Assembly: GCA_045863295.1 (NCBI GenBank) | Contig: BTWA01000020.1 | Coordinates: 1 to 64,000, forward strand | DNA: 64,000 bases | Direction: 5' to 3' | DNA from: Candidatus Hydrogenedentota bacterium | Lineage (GTDB): Bacteria; Hydrogenedentota; Hydrogenedentia; Hydrogenedentales; SLHB01 | Part shown: one piece after another, positions 49,151 to 56,760 of the stretch | Layout: each line of letters begins with the position of its first letter | How positions within the stretch are numbered: the first letter of the stretch is position 1 | The notes under the pieces: model-generated | What the model was told of the DNA's origin: nothing | What the model saw: only the letters and a program-made list of their open reading frames with translations | Database searches by the model: none | Translations under genes and position numbers: made by a program

Positions 49151-49353
49151 GATATCCCCGGCGCTTACACCCGAGTATCGCGCCCGATAGGCATCCCTAA
49201 CTGCCATTTGGAAAGCGCCTGCCCTGAAACCCGAGCGGTTCCACGCATTCTCCGCGGACCCAATGCACCGCCGCGAATAAAGCATGGGGAACAGGCACTT
49301 GTCTAGAATATACTACCAACTAATGGGGATTTTTCCAAGCTGGGCTCCATGAC

Positions 49354-50469
49354 TTGAGGTGGGAGGACGACGAATTGGATGCCAGGACGCCGCCAAGGAG
49401 CAAGCTCCGTATCCTGCATTTGGCGGAAAGCCCCTATTTCGGGGGGATTACGTCCCATATTCTGACGGTCGCGAAGGCCTTCGAAGGACACCCGCGCTAT
49501 GAAATCGTCGTGGGAACGTTGCCGGGCCGGGGTGGCGCAATGGCCCTCCTCGATCAGGGGGCCGAGCAGGGGATTCCTGTACGCGTGGTCCCGATGAAGG
49601 CAACGTTCGACATGAGAGTGTTTTTTGGATTGCGGCAACTTGTGGCTGACCAAGGCATAAACCTCGTCCATACGCACAACTACCGGTCGACAATGATCGC
49701 ACAACTGGCGATGCTTGCCGTACCCACGGTAAATACCTGCCATGGCAAAGCCATTCAAGCCACGTGGCGGGTGCGGATGTGGCAGTGGATGGAATTGCAG
49801 GTAATGCGGGGGCGCGGCCATGTAATCGCCTGCTCAAGGGACGTGGAACAGTGGTTGGTTTCAAAGGGGGTTCCGCCCCGTAATACACGTCTGGTGTACA
49901 ACGCATGCGCGGGGCCTTCCGAAATTCCGTCGCCGCAGGTCCGATCCGAAGGCGTTACATTCCTGTTTGTCGGCCGTGTGGTACCGGGCAAAGGGGTTGA
50001 TCAGTTGGTTCGGGCCATTGCGGAAGTGCCTGGCGCCAGAGGTGTCGTTTTGGGTGACGGTCCTCTGCTGGGCTCGTGCGAAAACCTTGCCCGGGAACTG
50101 GGATCCCGTGTGCGGTTTGAGGGATTTCACAAAGACCCCGGTCCATTCTACGAGGCCGCCGATGTGGTCGTATTACCTTCGGATATGGAAGCGTTTCCCA
50201 TGGTGCTGTTGGAAGCCGCCGCGTGGGGCCGTCCCGTCATCGCGACACGCGTGGGCGGCATACCGGAGATTGTGGAAGACGAAGGGAACGGATTGCTGGT
50301 CAACCCCGGAGACGCGACGGCGTTACGGGCCGCAATGGCCCGAATGATGAACGGGGAAGATCGGGTGCGTATGGGGTTGCGGGCGCGGGAAGCGTGGGAA
50401 CAACGGTTTTCCCCCACCTCACTGGTGAGCGCGCTGGAGCGCGTCTACGATGAAGTGCTTGGCATTTAG
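49354..50469 (+). CDS. Glycosyltransferase family 4
   Basis: GGITSH, VHTH, TCHG, VGRVVPGKG, EAFPMVLLEA, VGGIPEIV. Start uncertain. Confidence 0.9.
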   Translation: MRWEDDELDARTPPRSKLRILHLAESPYFGGITSHILTVAKAFEGHPRYEIVVGTLPGRGGAMALLDQGAEQGIPVRVVPMKATFDMRVFFGLRQLVADQGINLVHTHNYRSTMIAQLAMLAVPTVNTCHGKAIQATWRVRMWQWMELQVMRGRGHVIACSRDVEQWLVSKGVPPRNTRLVYNACAGPSEIPSPQVRSEGVTFLFVGRVVPGKGVDQLVRAIAEVPGARGVVLGDGPLLGSCENLARELGSRVRFEGFHKDPGPFYEAADVVVLPSDMEAFPMVLLEAAAWGRPVIATRVGGIPEIVEDEGNGLLVNPGDATALRAAMARMMNGEDRVRMGLRAREAWEQRFSPTSLVSALERVYDEVLGI

Positions 50470-50668
50470 CCCGCATTTTGCACCATGCTTAACGCGTGCG
50501 TGGAAGACTGAAGTACAGTCTCCGTGGTGCAAAATGCTCACACAGAATAGTTTGGGCTTGAGACGCTGAGGATATTTCACGAGCACACAGCACTTGCATC
50601 GGAATGGTCAATGGCCCGATGGAATCGTCGTTACACAGTTAGCTGGACAACGTCGTGAAATATCCGCG
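50470..50668. mobile_element. 199-bp MITE-like element, copy 2
   Basis: Same length, ends and internal IRs as copy 1; TTAG direct repeats at 50466-69 and 50669-72. Confidence 0.75.
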
Positions 50669-51556
50669 TTAGCGCGGCTTCGGGGCGGCGGAATCGTTGC
50701 CTGTAACAATATTCCAGTACGCCTTTGCGCGCGCCGCGAAAAAACGGCCTTCCATGGCAATGGCCAACGGGTACAGGTCCAGCGGAAAATAGCGCGGCGC
50801 CCACAAGGGACTTGCCGCGCATTTGGCCGCCGTATACGCCACAAGCGGAAAAAGCGGCCGCCCATGCATCCGACGAATATACAGGCCCTTAACGGCGGGA
50901 TTGCGCACGCGGCGGCACGCCCCGTCCCAGTCAGTCTGGTAGCGGTGCCGGACGGCAACGCCCGGATCGTAGTAGATGGTCTTGCCTCGTTGGGCGAGGC
51001 GTAGACAAAACTCCCAGTCCTCGCTGTTGTGGCTAATATCAGGATCGAAACCGCCAAGTTCTTCGAACAAGGCGCGGGAAATGAGAAAATTCATCATGGG
51101 CACGGCGGACACGAAATGCGGCCGTGCTCCAAACCCAATCTGCGCGCGGTAGTGCAGATAGCGTTCAAGTTTTGAGTCCAGGGAGTAGGCATCAAACCCG
51201 CCGCACAGCGTGTCCGCGCGCGATCGATGACGCAGCGCAAGCATGCCCTCAATCCAGTTCGACGGCACGACGACATCGTCGTCGGTCATGAGCAGAAAAT
51301 CGCCCTTGGCTTCACGGGCTGCGGTATTTCGGGCAATGCCCGGTCCGCCGCCGGCGGACCGCACCGCACGCAACCGGCCGCCGCTCGACCGCGCGTATTC
51401 GGCAAGGATATCGGAAGTGCCGTCCGTGGAAGCGTCGTCCGAATAGATCGCCTCAAAGTCCGCGCCCGGCTGGTTCAACACCGATTCGATGTTTTCACGG
51501 AGGATCTCGCCGCGGTTGTGCGTGGCGACAATAACACTGACTCGAACAGCGGACAT
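50669..51556 (-). CDS. Glycosyltransferase family 2
   Basis: SVIVATHNR, DDASTDGT, ARNTA, TDDDV, GGFD...SEDWEF. Start placed at ATG 51556. Confidence 0.9.
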   Translation of the reverse strand: MSAVRVSVIVATHNRGEILRENIESVLNQPGADFEAIYSDDASTDGTSDILAEYARSSGGRLRAVRSAGGGPGIARNTAAREAKGDFLLMTDDDVVVPSNWIEGMLALRHRSRADTLCGGFDAYSLDSKLERYLHYRAQIGFGARPHFVSAVPMMNFLISRALFEELGGFDPDISHNSEDWEFCLRLAQRGKTIYYDPGVAVRHRYQTDWDGACRRVRNPAVKGLYIRRMHGRPLFPLVAYTAAKCAASPLWAPRYFPLDLYPLAIAMEGRFFAARAKAYWNIVTGNDSAAPKPR

Positions 51557-51620
51557 GCAGGCACTCCCGGCGAATGATCGCCCTATTGTGATAGACTGAT
51601 CGCGACGCTTCAACTCCGGC

Positions 51621-52547
51621 ATGAACCAACTGAAAGTACCGATGACCTTCGAGCCCACACGATCTTCCGGCGCGCCGCTCGTGTCCGTGATCATGCCCAC
51701 GTACCACAAGGATTCGCTCGTCTTGTTGCGCGCGGCAGTGGAAAGCATCCTGATTCAAACCTTTGCGGACTTCGAGTTTCTCATCGTTATTGACGGAGTG
51801 GTGCCGGACGAAACCCGCAAGTTTCTGCAGGAAACCTACGCGCGTGATGCGAGGGTGCGCCTAATCGCGCTACAGGAGAACCGGGGTTCGTCGCATGCGC
51901 GAAATACCGCAATCCGGGAAGCGCGCGGCGAATTCATCGCAATCATGGACGCCGACGACGTGTCCCAACCGCAGCGCTTCGAGCGGCAGTTGGCCTTCTT
52001 GAACGATACCGGCGCCGATGCCTGCGGCAGCTTTTACGACGTCATCGATTCCCACGATCGCGTGGTGGGCAAACGCGAAGTGCCCACGAGCGAAGCGGCC
52101 ATCCGCCGTGCGCTTTACTGGTTCAATCCGATTCCCAATCCCACCATCATGGCGCGCGCGAATCTGATGAAGGCGCATCCCTATCCCGAACGGTATCCCG
52201 ACGGCTCCGTGTTCTGGTACGGCGAGGATTATGCCCTGTGGGTCGGAATCATTCTCGAAGGACACCGTGTATTGAACCAGCCGGAATCCCTGCTGCGGTA
52301 CCGCGTAAACGATTGGTTCTGGCGGCGCCGAACGGGAACAGACGCGTTCTACACCGACTTCAGCGTGAAATGGAGCACGATGAAACTGTACCCGCTCTAC
52401 TGGCGGCCATGGGTGGCGCTGATCAGTTTCGTTACCGCATCGACCCGCCTTTGGCCAACGTGGACGCTGGCATTGATCTACCGCCTGCGGTCACGGCTTC
52501 GGTTTTCGCCCGATGTACGCGTTCACGATCGGACAGGGTTGAAATAG
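51621..52547 (+). CDS. Glycosyltransferase family 2
   Basis: VSVIMPTY, ARNTAI, MDADDVS, RFERQ, EDYALW. Confidence 0.9.
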   Translation: MNQLKVPMTFEPTRSSGAPLVSVIMPTYHKDSLVLLRAAVESILIQTFADFEFLIVIDGVVPDETRKFLQETYARDARVRLIALQENRGSSHARNTAIREARGEFIAIMDADDVSQPQRFERQLAFLNDTGADACGSFYDVIDSHDRVVGKREVPTSEAAIRRALYWFNPIPNPTIMARANLMKAHPYPERYPDGSVFWYGEDYALWVGIILEGHRVLNQPESLLRYRVNDWFWRRRTGTDAFYTDFSVKWSTMKLYPLYWRPWVALISFVTASTRLWPTWTLALIYRLRSRLRFSPDVRVHDRTGLK

Positions 52548-52661
52548 CCATACGCGTCAGACCGAGGGTGTCGAGGGTTGAATCGCGCGGCGCACGGTGC
52601 AAACGGAATGGTGCGCAGTGCGTAGGGTGAGTGCAACTGCGCAAAGAGCGTGTGGCTGGAC

Positions 52662-52677
52662 TGGCGCGGGCACTGCT
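52662..52677 (+). promoter_or_regulatory. Possible sigma54 promoter upstream of the gmhA operon
   Basis: TGGCGC-GGGCA-CTGCT with GG-N10-GC spacing; two mismatches to consensus in GC-rich DNA. Confidence 0.3.
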
Positions 52678-52830
52678 AGAACCGGCGCGTGAAAAACCGG
52701 GTGAAAATGAGATACTGTAGGAGTAATTGCGGAATTCGGCGCGCCGTATGTTCGAGAATGGCAAGCATGACGGACAACGGCCCGTTCATTCGTGGATGGC
52801 CAACGATTATTTACCAGTAAGGACCCGATC

Positions 52831-53412
52831 ATGTTGACCCTGGACAATTACATTGCCGGTTTGACCAAGGCCTTGAACGGCATCGACCGGAAGGCATTTG
52901 ACGCGCTCGTGGCGGAAGTAACCCGCGCGCACAAGGAAGACAAGTTCATTTACACGTGCGGCAACGGGGGCAGCGCCTCCACCGCTTCGCACATGATCAA
53001 CGATATCGTGAAAGCCCCGAACGACGCATCCGGCTGTCGGCCCATCCGCGCCATCGGTCTCACGGATTGCACGCCGCTGATGACGGCCCTGGCGAATGAC
53101 ATCAGCTACGATCAAATGTTTGCGCGGCAACTCAACGCCTGGGGCCGCGAGGGCGATCTGCTGATCGCCATTTCCGGCAGTGGCAATTCGCCGAACATCC
53201 TCGAGGCCATCAAGCTCGCGAAGCAACGCGGCATGCGCACCGTCGGGATGACCGGCTATTCCGGCGGCAAAATGGCGGAGATGGTCGATGTGCACCTCCA
53301 CGTGCCCTGCAATTGCATGGCGCAGGTGGAAGACGCGCACCTCATTCTCCAGCATTGTCTGGTGGAAGTCTTGAAAATCGTCAACGGCGGAAAGAGCCCG
53401 GCCACGATATGA
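52831..53412 (+). CDS. gmhA: Sedoheptulose 7-phosphate isomerase (SIS)
   Basis: CGNGGSASTASH, TALAND, FARQ, ISGSGNSPNI, QVEDAHL. Confidence 0.9.
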   Translation: MLTLDNYIAGLTKALNGIDRKAFDALVAEVTRAHKEDKFIYTCGNGGSASTASHMINDIVKAPNDASGCRPIRAIGLTDCTPLMTALANDISYDQMFARQLNAWGREGDLLIAISGSGNSPNILEAIKLAKQRGMRTVGMTGYSGGKMAEMVDVHLHVPCNCMAQVEDAHLILQHCLVEVLKIVNGGKSPATI

Positions 53413-54086
53413 CTTCGCCGGACAACGCGCATACGGTAACGCCCAGAAGCGATCTGACGTTCGTTTTGAGCAAGCGGTTGTTGGACCTTGTCGTCGCGGG
53501 GGGCAGTCTGCTGCTGCTCTCCCCTGTCTTCATCGCGGTGGCCGTTGCCATTAAGGTGACGTCGCCGGGCCCGGTGTTTTTCCGTGGCACGGTGATCGGA
53601 AAGAATGGCGTGCCATTCACGTACTACAAATTCCGATCCATGGTCGCGGGCGGCGATACGTCAAAGCACAAGGAGTTCATCCAGAAGTACGTGACGGAGA
53701 ACAAGGGGCAGGTGGACGAGTCGGGCAAGGAAGTGTTCAAGCTGACAAACGATCCTCGGGTGACCTCGATTGGCAAGATCATCCGCAGGGTGAGCATCGA
53801 CGAGTTTCCACAGATGCTCAATGTGTTGAAAGGCGACATGTCCGTCGTGGGACCCCGCCCGCCCGTTCCCTATGAATTCGAACTCTACGACGACCGCAAG
53901 AAACAGCGGCTTCTTGTGAAACCGGGCATCACGGGATTAAACCAGGTGCGCCGCCGCAGTCAGAGCACGTTCGATCAGATGTTCGACGACGACATGGACT
54001 ACATTCGCAACCAGTCGATTCTGCTCGATATATTCATCATGATTAAGACCCCGTGGGTCATGCTGTTCGGCGCGGGCCCCACATAA
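53409..54086 (+). CDS. Small polyprenyl-phosphate sugar phosphotransferase (PglC/CpsE type)
   Basis: ATGA overlap with gmhA; KRLLDL, YKFRSM, NDPRVT, SIDEFPQ, VGPRP, KPGITG. Confidence 0.92.
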   Translation: MTSPDNAHTVTPRSDLTFVLSKRLLDLVVAGGSLLLLSPVFIAVAVAIKVTSPGPVFFRGTVIGKNGVPFTYYKFRSMVAGGDTSKHKEFIQKYVTENKGQVDESGKEVFKLTNDPRVTSIGKIIRRVSIDEFPQMLNVLKGDMSVVGPRPPVPYEFELYDDRKKQRLLVKPGITGLNQVRRRSQSTFDQMFDDDMDYIRNQSILLDIFIMIKTPWVMLFGAGPT

Positions 54087-54100
54087 GCAAGGAGCGCATT

Positions 54101-55213
54101 GTGATCGCATTGGTTACCGGCGGTGCCGGATTTATCGGGTCCCACGTCGCGGATCGGCTCCTCGAAAAAGGCTACCACGTGCGAGTGGTGGACGCATTGC
54201 AGCCGCGCGTGCACCCCAAGGGAAAGCCGGAGTGGGTGAAACCGGAGATCGAATTCTTTCACGGCGACGTGCGCGACAAGGATCTCATGCGAAAGGCCAT
54301 GCAGGGCGTCGAAATTGTCTCGCATCAGGCGGCCTACCAGGATTACATGCCCGATTACAGCACGTTTATCAGCACAAACGTGACCAGCACCGCCTTGATT
54401 CTGGAACTGGTGACGGAGATGAAACTCGACATACGCCGGGTTTCGGTTGCGTCGTCTCAGGCCGCCTACGGCGAAGGCCGCTACACCTGCGAAGAGCACG
54501 GCCCCTTCGAAGCGCGCGGCCGATCGATGGCGCAGCTTGAAGCGTCGGACTGGGAAGTGAAGTGCCCGGTCTGCGGATGCGACACGGACAACCTGCCGCT
54601 CGAAGAAACGATGCAGAATCCGAACAACGCGTACGCGCTGTCAAAACTCTTTGAAGAAATGACCGCCCTGCGCCTCGGCCGGTTGCACAATATTCCAACC
54701 TGCGCATTGCGGTATTCCATTGTGCAGGGACCGCGCCAGTCGCTGTACAACAGTTATTCCGGCGTGAACCGCATTTTCAGTCTGCGCCTGCTGCACAACG
54801 AACCGCCCATTATTTACGAAGACGGCATGCAAAAGCGCGATTATGTACACATCAAGGACGTGGTCGAGGCGAACATGCTGGCGCTGTTCGATGAACGCAC
54901 GAAGTGGGAGCAATACAACGTCGGCGGCGACCGCGCCACCACCGTGCGCGAATTCGCCGCGGAACTCACGAAAGTCCTGAAAAAGGATATCGCCCCAAGC
55001 ATCCCCGGCGAATTCCGCGTCGGTGACAACCGGCACAGCGTCTCTTCGGTGGCGAAGCTGAAGGCGCTGGGATGGAAACCGGAACAGCCGTTGCAAGCCA
55101 TCTTTCGCGACTACATCGACTGGATCGAAAGCTTTGGCAACGTCGGCGAGTATTTCCGTGAAGCCGACCGCTTGATGCGTGAAGCAGGCAGCGTGCGCTC
55201 GGTCAAAAAGTAG
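54101..55213 (+). CDS. NAD-dependent nucleotide-sugar epimerase/dehydratase (extended SDR) with Cys/His insert
   Basis: AAGGAG RBS + GTG; TGGAGFIGSH, SSQAAYG, YALSK, RDYVH; insert CEEH...CPVC. Confidence 0.9.
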   Translation: MIALVTGGAGFIGSHVADRLLEKGYHVRVVDALQPRVHPKGKPEWVKPEIEFFHGDVRDKDLMRKAMQGVEIVSHQAAYQDYMPDYSTFISTNVTSTALILELVTEMKLDIRRVSVASSQAAYGEGRYTCEEHGPFEARGRSMAQLEASDWEVKCPVCGCDTDNLPLEETMQNPNNAYALSKLFEEMTALRLGRLHNIPTCALRYSIVQGPRQSLYNSYSGVNRIFSLRLLHNEPPIIYEDGMQKRDYVHIKDVVEANMLALFDERTKWEQYNVGGDRATTVREFAAELTKVLKKDIAPSIPGEFRVGDNRHSVSSVAKLKALGWKPEQPLQAIFRDYIDWIESFGNVGEYFREADRLMREAGSVRSVKK

Positions 55214-55308
55214 CCCAAAAAAAAAAAGACCGGGCGACTGTACGCAATAGGCAGTGGATTCCGAGCGGATGGGTCAGCGCTTGGAACGTGAATTCATGAG
55301 AGGTGCTC

Positions 55309-56709
55309 ATGCCCAAGGCAAGCGATGTCCGGGTAACCGGCGCCACGCTGTACTTCCTTCCGGTGAAAACCCGCGTGCCGCTCAAGTTCGGGACCGAGGC
55401 GCTGACACACGTCACCGTGGCGCGAGTACGGATCCGGGTGTGCGACGCCCAAGGCCGGCAAGCGGATGGCTGGAGCGAGACACCGCTGTCGGTGCAATGG
55501 GTATGGCCCGGCGCGGTCGCCTATGAGACGCGCCACGAAGCCTTGAAATCGTTCTGCCGTATACTCACGAAGGCGTGGCCCGCGTCCGGTCATTGCGGGC
55601 ATCCGCTCGAAGTGGGCCATGCGTTTATTGAGTCGGACCTCACGCGTTTGGCGGCGGAGTTCAACGAGGCCCACCCCGGCCATGAACCAATGCCGCACTT
55701 GGCCGCGCTGGTCTGTTGCTCGCCGTTCGACATTGCCTTGCATGATGCGTACGGAAATCTGCAAGGCCTTCCGGTGTATCAGACGTACAACAGGAATTTC
55801 ATGAGCCTCGATCTCGCGGGATTTCTTACGCCCGAAGAAGGCAGCCATGTGTCGTTTGCCGGCCGCTATCCCAGCGACTATCTCGTCGGCCCGGAATCGA
55901 CAACCCTCCCGGCCTGGCACCTGGTCGGCGGATTGGATCCGCTGGACGAATCGGAATTGACAGGTTCGGAACCGGATGACGGGTATCCTGTGCTTCTGAG
56001 GGATTGGATCGAACGCGACGGATTGCGCTGTCTAAAGGTAAAGTTGCGCGGCAACGACATGCCCTGGGATTACGATCGGCTGGTGCGCGTCGGTGCCATT
56101 GCCGTGGAATGCGGATGCCATTGGATTACCGCTGATTTTAACTGCATCGTGACGGAACCCGCCTATGTAAACGAGATCCTGGATCGACTAATGCTGGATC
56201 ATCCCCGCCTCTACGGCATGATCCTCTACGTCGAACAACCATTTCCATACGACTTGGAAGCGCACCAAATCGATGTGCACAGCGTCTCCGCGCGAAAACC
56301 GTTGTTCATGGATGAAAGCGCCCATGATTGGCGGTTAATCCGGCTGGGCAGAGAGTTGGGTTGGACCGGCGTGGCGTTGAAAACATGCAAGACGCAAACC
56401 GGAGCGATTCTAAGCCTCTGCTGGGCCAAGGCGCACGGCATGACCCTGATGGTGCAGGACCTGACCAATCCGATGATTGCGCAGATTCCGCACGTGCTCC
56501 TCGCCGCGCACGCGGGAACAATCATGGGCGTGGAAACCAACGCGATGCAGTTTTATCCCAACGCCTCATCCGTCGAAGCAGAAGTGCATCCCGGTTTATA
56601 TACCCGGCGCGGCGGCGTTGTGGATTGGTCAACGGTTACCGGGCCGGGATTTGGGTACCGGATTGAGGCAATCCCGCGCATCCTGCCGCCGCCCGATTGC
56701 GAGGCATAA
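55309..56709 (+). CDS. Enolase-superfamily (mandelate racemase/MLE-like) enzyme
   Basis: KVKL, ADFN, YVEQP, MDESAH, ALKTCK, VQDL. Confidence 0.8.
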   Translation: MPKASDVRVTGATLYFLPVKTRVPLKFGTEALTHVTVARVRIRVCDAQGRQADGWSETPLSVQWVWPGAVAYETRHEALKSFCRILTKAWPASGHCGHPLEVGHAFIESDLTRLAAEFNEAHPGHEPMPHLAALVCCSPFDIALHDAYGNLQGLPVYQTYNRNFMSLDLAGFLTPEEGSHVSFAGRYPSDYLVGPESTTLPAWHLVGGLDPLDESELTGSEPDDGYPVLLRDWIERDGLRCLKVKLRGNDMPWDYDRLVRVGAIAVECGCHWITADFNCIVTEPAYVNEILDRLMLDHPRLYGMILYVEQPFPYDLEAHQIDVHSVSARKPLFMDESAHDWRLIRLGRELGWTGVALKTCKTQTGAILSLCWAKAHGMTLMVQDLTNPMIAQIPHVLLAAHAGTIMGVETNAMQFYPNASSVEAEVHPGLYTRRGGVVDWSTVTGPGFGYRIEAIPRILPPPDCEA

Positions 56710-56740
56710 AAAAAGCGGACCCCGCGACGAGGTCCGCTTG
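56708..56740 (-). terminator. Intrinsic terminator between convergent genes
   Basis: Stem AAGCGGACC / GGTCCGCTT with a T7 tail on the minus strand. Confidence 0.8.
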
Positions 56741-56760
56741 GAAAATCGGGAAACTGGACG

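Noticed and set aside
49290..49340. Short AT-rich patch near the apparent skew switch as oriC
   Set aside because: No DnaA boxes seen and no dnaA/dnaN/parAB nearby; more likely a divergent promoter.
34960..50469. Composite transposon bounded by the two 199-bp elements
   Set aside because: Each copy has its own TTAG duplication, the copies are diverged, and related glycan genes continue on both sides; independent insertions are simpler.
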